From: Candidatus Wolfebacteria bacterium
Lineage (GTDB): Bacteria > Patescibacteriota > Minisyncoccia > Phycocordibacterales > EsbW-18
Assembly (NCBI GenBank): GCA_022616195.1
Contig: JAKEFG010000014.1
Coordinates: 1-61,204 of the forward strand
DNA length: 61,204 nucleotides
Reading direction: 5' to 3'
Below the pieces are notes generated by a model, which saw nothing but the letters and a program-made list of their open reading frames with translations, ran no database searches and was not told the DNA's origin. The position numbers and the translations under genes are program-made. Of this stretch, positions 26,182 through 33,512 are shown in pieces (the first letter of the stretch is position 1; each line of letters opens with the position of its first letter).

Positions 26182-26227
26182 CTCTAGCTAGTGCCTAGAG
26201 CCTAACGGCTAGCCGCTAGCTTAGTCC
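26182..26227. repeat. Heptanucleotide stop array in a convergent spacer
   Basis: TAG or TAA starts at 26189, 26196, 26203, 26210 and 26217. It shares the 16-mer CTAGTGCCTAGAGCCT with 40136-40151. Confidence 0.85.
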
Positions 26228-26315
26228 ATATGCCCCGCCTCAATCTTGCCGCCGAGAGTTCCCCGCACCGATCTAACGATCGGTACGGGGTAAACTCCGT
26301 TCTTCTGTGTGCACA

Positions 26316-27209
26316 CTACTCATGTTCACTCTGTATTTTGCCGCCAAGCGTTCGGAGTTCTTTGAGAAATTTTTGTTCCTCCTCTTTTGTTGGCGGTTTA
26401 CCGTGCCAGTTAAAGTCGTTTTCAATTTCTTTGATGCCTTTGCCGGGAATCGTGTGTGCAATGACTACCGTCGGCTTCTCCTGAATCGCTTTCGCTTCCT
26501 CAACCGCATCCACGAACGCCTCAATGTTGTGCCCGTCAACTTCCAGAACATGCCAGTTGAACGCTTCCCATTTCGCCCGCAGGGGCTCGAGCGGCATGAT
26601 GTTTTCGGTAGTGCCGTCAATCTGTATGTTGTTGCGGTCAACAACGCCGGTGAGATTTGACAACTTGTTCTTACCGGTAAACATCGCCCCTTCCCAAAGA
26701 TTCCCCGCATCATGTTCACCATCAGACATCAAACAGTAGGTACGAAACTTTTTGCCGTCCATTCGTGCTGCGTAGGCAATGCCAGCTGCTTGCGAAAGTC
26801 CAGAACCAAGGGGACCTGAGGTGGTTTCAAGTCCGGGCAGACGTTCGCGCTCCGGATGTCCCTGCAGTCGCGTGCCAAATTTTCGCAACGTCTTACATTC
26901 CTCAATCGGGAAGTACCCAGCGTGCGCCATCGTGGCATATCGGATAGGCGTGATGTGCCCGTTCGAGAGAATGAGCCTATCACGCTCATCCCAGGCGGGG
27001 TTCTTGGGATCATGATTCAGAATATGAAAATAGAACGCGGTGAAGATATCCGCCATACCCAAGGGTCCTGCTGTGTGGCCGCTCCCAGCGTCCTCAAGCA
27101 TATCAATCAACGTCTGGCGGATGTCATTCGCGCGCAACTCCAACTCTTTCAATCTATCGTCGTGTAAATATGCCATACGTCGGTGTTCTATTGATACCAC
27201 GCGGAACAC
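26316..27209 (-). CDS. Transketolase, N-terminal (thiamine-diphosphate-binding) subunit
   Basis: 297 aa with GSGHTAGPLG, GHPE and GDG...G..WEA motifs. No C-terminal subunit gene is adjacent. Confidence 0.9.
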   Translation of the reverse strand: MFRVVSIEHRRMAYLHDDRLKELELRANDIRQTLIDMLEDAGSGHTAGPLGMADIFTAFYFHILNHDPKNPAWDERDRLILSNGHITPIRYATMAHAGYFPIEECKTLRKFGTRLQGHPERERLPGLETTSGPLGSGLSQAAGIAYAARMDGKKFRTYCLMSDGEHDAGNLWEGAMFTGKNKLSNLTGVVDRNNIQIDGTTENIMPLEPLRAKWEAFNWHVLEVDGHNIEAFVDAVEEAKAIQEKPTVVIAHTIPGKGIKEIENDFNWHGKPPTKEEEQKFLKELRTLGGKIQSEHE

Positions 27210-27799
27210 TCATCGGCAGAATAAGAACCTTGCCTGACACAATATTCAAACCACACGTCTTTAATAGGTCGTGCTGGTGGAATCAACCGAAACGTCCGCG
27301 CCATTGTTCTGCAGGTTTTTTCAACATCTTCACGTGCGCTATTACACTGAATACGAACCGCTCTATCACCTTCTTCAAAGAATGCAAAAATGTCTTCTGG
27401 CGATCCTGGGGGACCTGATCTTAAACAACCCGTAACAGAACGCTCACCAATTATTAATTCCGTTTGCTTTGATGTTTCACATGCATGCGGGCCTAGAGCA
27501 AATTGCCCTTGATGATCTTTGTCCGCAATGGTAATTAAAATGACCGACGCTGGAATAGTGTCATAGGGTTCGCTCGAACCTATTCCCACTCCTCCGAGGG
27601 GACTCCATTCCTTTACAACAAAGTCCCGGGGATGCTCTATTTCAAAACCATATTTTGTGTCTGTGTATATCACCCAGTTATCTATCGACGTACTTCCTGC
27701 AACACGATTCTGATACGCTACATACCCGCCAACACCTCCCACTGCAACAAGAACCACAACAACAAGTATGACTGTCCCTACTGTGCCTTTTTGATTCAT
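27188..27799 (-). CDS. Hypothetical membrane-anchored or secreted protein
   Basis: 203 aa with an N-terminal TM segment (VILVVVVLVAVGGVGGYV) and Cys residues in the C-terminal half. The segment is AT-richer than its flanks. Confidence 0.5.
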   Translation of the reverse strand: MNQKGTVGTVILVVVVLVAVGGVGGYVAYQNRVAGSTSIDNWVIYTDTKYGFEIEHPRDFVVKEWSPLGGVGIGSSEPYDTIPASVILITIADKDHQGQFALGPHACETSKQTELIIGERSVTGCLRSGPPGSPEDIFAFFEEGDRAVRIQCNSAREDVEKTCRTMARTFRLIPPARPIKDVWFEYCVRQGSYSADECSAWYQ

Positions 27800-27811
27800 A
27801 TGTTTATTGCG

Positions 27812-28534
27812 TCATCCTTCGGCTGATTGATAATCGGTAGAGCCTAGTTGCTGAAAATAGTCGATGGCTTCTTCAGCGTCACCGCTTTCAAATATAGCAG
27901 ACCCGGCAACGAGTTTGTTCACACCTGCCTCCACGAGCTTGGGTGCGGTTTCCTCGTTCACGCCGATGTCAACCGCGATGGTCAGGTCAGGAAACTTCCT
28001 GCGGATAGTTTTCACTTTTTCATAGACGCGCTCATCAAGCTCCGCACCATGGTAGCCAATTCGGTCGTTCCCCATCACTTGCACGAAATCCGGCATGCCG
28101 TGTTCTTTAATAATCCGAAACAGTTCATCGTTCGGTGTGTTGGGCCTCATGCCCCACCCGACCTCCATCTCAGCTATTCTCAAATTCTTGAGAATTTGAG
28201 AATAGCTCCTGGTGGACTCAATGTGAATCACCGTGCCCACAATACCCGCGTGAATCCAGCCATCCAGATACTTCTCCGGCTCGGCAACGAGCATGTCTAC
28301 CTCGACATCAAGCTCGCGCCAGAACGGCAGTCCCTCGTCCTCGCGAACAATTCGCGCGAACTGTTCACTTACCTGTTTGGTCATGTCGTTGTACGGCCAC
28401 GTTGTTGTCGGCGCATAGCTGCCGTTCGCAATGTCTACTTGCACCCGTTCCACCAACCCCTTCACCCGCACCATATGCGCTTCAAGATCGTCAAAATCCT
28501 TTGGAATGATGGCCGGAACAACAGAGACAGTCAT
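27812..28534 (-). CDS. rpe: Ribulose-phosphate 3-epimerase-like TIM-barrel protein, carrying a palindromic insertion
   Basis: 240 aa with VVPAIIP...VQVDIANG and a C-terminal VDIGVNEETAPKLVEAGVNKLVAGSAIF. It sits in an operon-like block with rpiB, gap and tkt. The element lies at 28172-28207. Confidence 0.75.
   Translation of the reverse strand: MTVSVVPAIIPKDFDDLEAHMVRVKGLVERVQVDIANGSYAPTTTWPYNDMTKQVSEQFARIVREDEGLPFWRELDVEVDMLVAEPEKYLDGWIHAGIVGTVIHIESTRSYSQILKNLRIAEMEVGWGMRPNTPNDELFRIIKEHGMPDFVQVMGNDRIGYHGAELDERVYEKVKTIRRKFPDLTIAVDIGVNEETAPKLVEAGVNKLVAGSAIFESGDAEEAIDYFQQLGSTDYQSAEG
28172..28207. repeat. Palindromic element, variant 1 (AGCTATTCTCAAATTCTTGAGAATTTGAGAATAGCT), inside the rpe-like gene
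   Basis: 36-nt palindrome with a TG centre. It is read as YSQILKNLRI on the coding (minus) strand. Confidence 0.9.
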
Positions 28535-28539
28535 AGGGT

Positions 28540-29025
28540 TTATGACGGCGTAGAATCCAGAAACTGGATTCTACGCTTATGACGCTCTTCGGCGGTAAAC
28601 GGCGTCTCAAGCCAGCGTTGGACAACAAGTTCTGAATCCTCAAGCGACACGAATGACGCCCCTAGGGCAAGTATGTTGGAATCGTTGTCCTCTCGGCTAC
28701 TCGTAATCAAATCTACCGAGGGACCCGTTTTGTGTGACTCGGGAAGCGGGTCAACATTACCGTAGTACACAAGCGCCCGCGCACCCTTTATGCGATTCGC
28801 CACAATGCCCTCTCCCTGCCCGGAACTCCCAATAACAATCGCCCTCTCAACCTCACCGCTCCCCACCGCCCGCGCCGCGGGCATAATAAAGTCGGGGTAG
28901 TCGTCGCTCGGGTCAAACTCGTACGCGCCGAAATCCTTCACCTCGTGCCCGAGATGCTCCAAAAACGTCTTGAGTTTTTCCTTAAGCTCAAACCCTACGT
29001 GGTCTGCGGCAATGGCAATTCGCAT
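28540..29025 (-). CDS. rpiB: Ribose-5-phosphate isomerase B
   Basis: 161 aa with MRIAIAADHVGFELKE and IGSSGQGEGIVANR. The last 11 codons and the stop are encoded by the palindrome at 28548-28576. Confidence 0.9.
   Translation of the reverse strand: MRIAIAADHVGFELKEKLKTFLEHLGHEVKDFGAYEFDPSDDYPDFIMPAARAVGSGEVERAIVIGSSGQGEGIVANRIKGARALVYYGNVDPLPESHKTGPSVDLITSSREDNDSNILALGASFVSLEDSELVVQRWLETPFTAEERHKRRIQFLDSTPS
28548..28576. repeat. 29-nt palindrome GCGTAGAATCCAG-AAA-CTGGATTCTACGC flanked by 8-bp direct repeats TTATGACG
   Basis: 13-bp perfect arms. The direct repeats lie at 28540-28547 and 28577-28584. Confidence 0.85.
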
Positions 29026-29027
29026 GA

Positions 29028-30053
29028 CTATTTCGTGTGTTTACCTGTTTCCACGACATGCTTGACGAGCGTGTTGGTATACCCCATTTCGTTGTCATAC
29101 CACGAGAGTACCTTGACGAGATTGCCCCCCACGACACGCGTCATCTCAAGGTCCGCGATTGAAGCATACGTATCGCCAACGATGTCGGATGAGACAAGCG
29201 GTTCCTCGCTCACCCTAAAAATACTTTCCCAGCGTTTCTCCTGCGCCGCCTTGCGGAGAATATCGTTTACCTCTTCTTTGCTGGTATCTTTCTTTGTCAC
29301 GAACGTGAGATCAACATAGGAACCAACGACCACCGGCACGCGAACCGAGATACCGTCAAAGAACGGCACACCCTCAACCGCCTGCGTGACCGCCGTTGCG
29401 GCACCGGTTGAGGACGGCACGATATTCTGCGCCGCCGCTCTCCCTCGACGCCAGTCATGCTTGCTTGGACTGTCAACAAGTGATTGTGACGCAGTGTACG
29501 CATGTACCGTATCAAGCAACGCCTTCTCAATATCAAGCGTCTCTTCCATAATCGCGACGATTGGACTTGCCGCATTCGTGGTACACGAACCGTTAGCGGT
29601 AATCCGGCATGTTTTTAATTTCTCCTCGTTGACCCCCATCAAGACCGTTGCGCTCGCGACACCCTGGACCGGCTCGCCCTTTGCCGGAGCAGAAATGACG
29701 ACGCGCTTTGCGCCTGCGTCTAAATGCAATTTTGCACCGTCGTAGGTAGTAAAAAATCCGGTTGATTCAAGCACCACGTCAATGTCCATGTCGCGCCATG
29801 GAAGTTTGCTTGGATCCTTCTGCTGGAGGAACGCCATCTCCTTGCCATTCACGATAAGCTTCCCTTCCACGGTCTTAATATCCAGGTGCGAACGTCCGTA
29901 CGTGGTGTCATATTTCAAAAGGTACGCAAGGTTTTCCTCGTCACCAAGGTCGTTGATAGCAACAATCTCCAGCTCATCATATTCCTGCGCAAGTTTGAAA
30001 AATGACCTGCCGATGCGCCCGAATCCGTTTATGGCTACGCGTGTTTTTGACAT
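29028..30053 (-). CDS. gap: Glyceraldehyde-3-phosphate dehydrogenase (type I)
   Basis: 341 aa with INGFGRIGR, the active-site region NGSCTTN and WYDNE. Confidence 0.95.
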   Translation of the reverse strand: MSKTRVAINGFGRIGRSFFKLAQEYDELEIVAINDLGDEENLAYLLKYDTTYGRSHLDIKTVEGKLIVNGKEMAFLQQKDPSKLPWRDMDIDVVLESTGFFTTYDGAKLHLDAGAKRVVISAPAKGEPVQGVASATVLMGVNEEKLKTCRITANGSCTTNAASPIVAIMEETLDIEKALLDTVHAYTASQSLVDSPSKHDWRRGRAAAQNIVPSSTGAATAVTQAVEGVPFFDGISVRVPVVVGSYVDLTFVTKKDTSKEEVNDILRKAAQEKRWESIFRVSEEPLVSSDIVGDTYASIADLEMTRVVGGNLVKVLSWYDNEMGYTNTLVKHVVETGKHTK

Positions 30054-30057
30054 ACCT

Positions 30058-31509
30058 TTATTCTAGCAGTTTCTTGAATAATTTTTGCAGAACTTGTGGA
30101 TTGGCGGAACCCTTGGAAAGCTTCATCCCTTGCCCGATGAGATACTGGAGTGACGCTCCTTTACCTGCTTTGTACTCTGTGGCTGCGTCAGGATTGTCCT
30201 TGACCACCTGCTCGGCAATTTTCTTGAGTTCTCCCTCGTCGCTTTTTTGGAGCAGACCTTCTCGTTCTGCAATTTCTTTCGGTGTCGCCTCTTTCTCCAA
30301 CATTATTGCCAGCACGTCTTTGGCACCACGCGAGGACAGTAGTCCATCACCAACCATCTCAATCAAGTCGGTAAACCACTCCGGCCTTGGCAGTACCCAT
30401 TCTGGTTCCCCAGCAAGAATTCCAAGAGCGTCAGAAGTTAGGTAGTTTGCAGCTAGTTTCCATTTTGTTGTATGTTTGGTAACCCTGTCGTAATACTCAG
30501 CGAGCAACACTTCTCCCTCTGTCGTTGGGACAAAAGTATTGACAAGCACCTCAATGGTTTCATCTGATAATCCCTCGTATGGTTTGGTTTTATACAACTC
30601 TCGACGTTGCCATGGCAACTCGGGCAACTCCTTCTTGAGCGTTTCTTCGGCAAACTCGGGAATCTCCGAGAGTTTGAGCTTCGGCAGGTCAGGCTCCGGA
30701 AAATAGCGGTAGTCGTGCGATGATTCTTTTGTACGCTGGGAGAAGGTTTCCTGCCTATCCTCATCCCATCCGCGGGTCTCTTGTACCACCACACCACCCG
30801 ATTCAAGCACACCAACTTGTCGCTTGATCTCATACGCAATGGCTCGCTCCACCGAACGAAATGAGTTGAGATTTTTTATCTCTGTTTTTGTGCCAAATTC
30901 GTCCGTTTTGCTCACCGACACGTTCGCTTCCAATCGTAGCTCGCCCTTCTCCATATTTGCGTCGCTCACACCGAGATACCGAAGCAGTAATTGAAATTCT
31001 TTGGCGAACGCAACGGCGTCTTCTGCGGAATGAATCACTGGCTCGGTCACCAACTCCATCAGGGGAATCCCCGCGCGGTTGAAGTCGATGAGCGAGTGGT
31101 CACCCTCGTGTTTGGAGAGCGCCGTGTCTTCCTCAAGATGAATGCGGGTGAACGTGATTTTTCTCTCTGTCCCGGGAATAACAAGAGAGCCGCCGGTGAC
31201 CAGAGGATATTTATACTGGCTGATTTGATAGCCCTTGGGAATGTCGGGGTAGAAATAGTTCTTGCGATCAAACTCGGTAAAGTCGGCGCGTGTGCCACCA
31301 ACCGCCACACCCACTTTTAACACATGCCTGACCGCCTCCTTGTTCATGACCGGGAGCGTCCCCGGGTGCCCCATGCAGATGGGGCAGATATTGACATTCG
31401 GGCGCGTTTCATCAGGGTCGTTCTTTGAGTTGCAGAACATCTTCGTCCGCGTCTTGAGCTGTGCGTGTATTTCTAGCCCGATGGTCGGTTTGTATTCAGA
31501 CATTGTCAC
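30058..31509 (-). CDS. gatB: Asp/Glu-tRNA amidotransferase subunit B
   Basis: 483 aa with GLEIHAQL, FDRKNYFYPD and a C-terminal GatB_Yqey domain. Confidence 0.95.
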   Translation of the reverse strand: MTMSEYKPTIGLEIHAQLKTRTKMFCNSKNDPDETRPNVNICPICMGHPGTLPVMNKEAVRHVLKVGVAVGGTRADFTEFDRKNYFYPDIPKGYQISQYKYPLVTGGSLVIPGTERKITFTRIHLEEDTALSKHEGDHSLIDFNRAGIPLMELVTEPVIHSAEDAVAFAKEFQLLLRYLGVSDANMEKGELRLEANVSVSKTDEFGTKTEIKNLNSFRSVERAIAYEIKRQVGVLESGGVVVQETRGWDEDRQETFSQRTKESSHDYRYFPEPDLPKLKLSEIPEFAEETLKKELPELPWQRRELYKTKPYEGLSDETIEVLVNTFVPTTEGEVLLAEYYDRVTKHTTKWKLAANYLTSDALGILAGEPEWVLPRPEWFTDLIEMVGDGLLSSRGAKDVLAIMLEKEATPKEIAEREGLLQKSDEGELKKIAEQVVKDNPDAATEYKAGKGASLQYLIGQGMKLSKGSANPQVLQKLFKKLLE

Positions 31510-31569
31510 TATTGTAGCAAAAAGAAAGGAGCGCTGGGCGTTCCTCGGGACGGGGGTTCCGCCGGTTCT

Positions 31570-31755
31570 CTAGTTGATCTCGTCAGAGAGAGGAGCGGGA
31601 GTAGGGGTGCTCACGAGCACCGAATCCGGATAGAGCGGCGTTCCACCGAGGTCAACGACGACTACATTGTCGAACGACATCTCTGGTGTCCCCTGTTCCC
31701 GACCCGATGGTGCTGAATCCTCCCTGAGGGGGCACCGTGGGTTGTGATCCGCCAC
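31570..31755 (-). CDS. Small hypothetical protein (61 aa, GTG start)
   Basis: A strong Shine-Dalgarno sequence, AAGGAGGTGACTA, lies immediately before the GTG. I recognise no family. Confidence 0.3.
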   Translation of the reverse strand: MADHNPRCPLREDSAPSGREQGTPEMSFDNVVVVDLGGTPLYPDSVLVSTPTPAPLSDEIN

Positions 31756-31782
31756 TAGTCACCTCCTTGTCCACCCCAAAGG

Positions 31783-32691
31783 CTACACTTCAAGAGCGAG
31801 TTGCGCAAGTTTGAACGCTCCCTCTCGTGACCGAGCAACACAAAGAAAACAGTTGTTGTGACAGAAGTATGCGTCTGATACGCCGGTAACAGTTGCAAGT
31901 TCCTCCTTATTCTTCCCTGCCCACTCCCTTGGCAAGGGCTTGCGATTCGTATCAAAATTGAATACATCGTTACGGACACATTCAACCGACCAGTTACCGT
32001 CACTGCCGCGATACCGCATAAAATAAAGCGGTTCGGAATGCTTAAGAAGCGCGCCAATAACTATGTCGCGACTAAGTTCGCGTTTCCCCTCAAATATAAT
32101 AAGTCGTTTGTCTTTCGACTGCTGGTATGTCTCTTCGGCGTATGCCTGCATTTCAAGGACAGTGTTTTGATACACAATCTCCCGTTGAAGCACCACCTTT
32201 GCCCACATGACCGCATCTGAAAATGCCTCGCGCATATCTCTGTTCTCACGCCAGCCCGGATGAAACGCCTCTACCACATTTTGGATGAGAAACGGACGGA
32301 CATCTATGCGTGCCAGTTTGGCAAGATCAACTCCGTTATCAAAAGCATCAATCGGTTGTACAAGCCATTGATCTATCGCATCCGCAAGTGTCCTTGAGCC
32401 GACGACGTCAACACCGAATTTTTTCCATACCAGCCCAAACGATGCATACGGGATACCGTTGTCCCGCTCACCCGCTTTCCCTTCCTGATGGTGGTCAAAA
32501 CGGTTGCGTTCGGGATTATGCACGAATCCAACGTCAACCACATAATCGGCGCTTTCAATCACTTCCTTGTCGCGGCTCCGTATTACCTCACAGTTTTCGT
32601 CTCCCAACAGTAACAGAAGTGTCGCCACAGCGAACACGTCGTCCGTGTGAAACCCACTTGAATGCGTAACGATTTTAATCTTCTTTGTCAT
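31783..32691 (-). CDS. MYG1-family metal-dependent hydrolase (UPF0160)
   Basis: MTKKIKIVTHSSGFHTDDVFAVATL and DHHQ motifs. I chose the ATG at 32691 as the start. Confidence 0.85.
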   Translation of the reverse strand: MTKKIKIVTHSSGFHTDDVFAVATLLLLLGDENCEVIRSRDKEVIESADYVVDVGFVHNPERNRFDHHQEGKAGERDNGIPYASFGLVWKKFGVDVVGSRTLADAIDQWLVQPIDAFDNGVDLAKLARIDVRPFLIQNVVEAFHPGWRENRDMREAFSDAVMWAKVVLQREIVYQNTVLEMQAYAEETYQQSKDKRLIIFEGKRELSRDIVIGALLKHSEPLYFMRYRGSDGNWSVECVRNDVFNFDTNRKPLPREWAGKNKEELATVTGVSDAYFCHNNCFLCVARSREGAFKLAQLALEV

Positions 32692-33028
32692 CCTGGAGAA
32701 AAATCTTCTCACCAAGCCACGCAAACACTGAAACGATAAGCGCACCCAACACCGCCGTCCAGAAGCCGGAAACCGAAAACCCTTCTATGAATTTCGCCGC
32801 GAGCCAAAAGAGAAAACCGTTAATAACCCAGAGAAAGAGTCCGAGCGTGAGAATGTTGATGGGAAGCGTGAGCACAACAAGAATCGGCTTTACAATGAGA
32901 TTCAGAAGTCCGAGCACCAATGCCACCAAAAGTGCGACGAGAAACTCCGATACGGCAATACCCGGCACAAGATACGCCACGGCGAGAAGCGCAAGTGCGG
33001 TGATAAGGATTTTCGCAAGGATTTTCAT
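32675..33028 (-). CDS. Small membrane protein, phage holin family IV (PF04020-like)
   Basis: 117 aa with four TM helices. LNLIVKPILVVLTLPINILTLGLF is typical of this family. Confidence 0.7.
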   Translation of the reverse strand: MKILAKILITALALLAVAYLVPGIAVSEFLVALLVALVLGLLNLIVKPILVVLTLPINILTLGLFLWVINGFLFWLAAKFIEGFSVSGFWTAVLGALIVSVFAWLGEKIFLQDDKED

Positions 33029-33197
33029 CCCGTTTAGAAATTTCTTTTCTGATACTACTACATCATACTCCCGTCGGCTTTCTTCAACTCTCGCGGTAGG
33101 GCAGAGCGAGCAAAGATTTCCAACGGGATTTTACTATCTCCACAATACCAATTATATGGCTCTGTTTCAAGCCCTTTTTGGCTATCCCCATAAATAC

Positions 33198-33225
33198 TTG
33201 ACAACTCATACCGATTTGCTATAAT
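33198..33225 (+). promoter_or_regulatory. Near-consensus sigma-70-type promoter (TTGACA, 16-nt spacer, TGC-TATAAT)
   Basis: TTGACA at 33198-33203. The extended -10 element TGCTATAAT ends at 33225. It points the opposite way to all neighbouring genes. Confidence 0.55.
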
Positions 33226-33231
33226 GTCAAC

Positions 33232-33512
33232 AGATGATGAGGCACAGCAATCGTCGCACGCCTCCTCATCGGCCACGCGCAGGCGTCACCGTCCCTGGCG
33301 GACAGAAGCAGTCCTAACCGACTGGCCTGTGGCGAGCCGAAAAGCCCAATGGGGTTACCCGGGGAGACCAACTGGTACTGTCCATGGACACTACCAACCG
33401 CGTCGAACCATACCCCTTGCGTCCCAAGGACGTGGGCACAGGACCACCAAGGCAGGAACTCGCGTAGAGCGCGCTCGTTCCTCCCAAGGTGGTCCTTTCA
33501 CTTTTATTTTTT
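33232..33512 (+). ncRNA. Candidate structured ncRNA of unknown class (about 280 nt)
   Basis: It starts about 7 nt after the promoter and contains at least 5 strong hairpins. It ends in a long hairpin (AGGACCACC at 33440-33448 pairing with GGTGGTCCT at 33488-33496) followed by TTCACTTTTATTTTTT. No credible ORF is present. Confidence 0.35.

Noticed and set aside
33058-33276. 72-aa minus-strand ORF (MADEEACDDCC...) between the holin-like gene and secA.
   Set aside because: It overlaps the strong plus-strand promoter and the start of the structured region. It has no RBS and I recognise no family. I favour a non-coding interpretation.
33232-33512. Tested as SRP RNA (CGGACAGAAGCAGUCC versus CCGGAAGGAAGCAGC), RNase P, tmRNA and a cobalamin riboswitch.
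   Set aside because: The partial SRP-like string cannot form the conserved helix-8 hairpin. The ACAGAA motif is at the wrong end for RNase P. There is no B12 box. The class is therefore left open.
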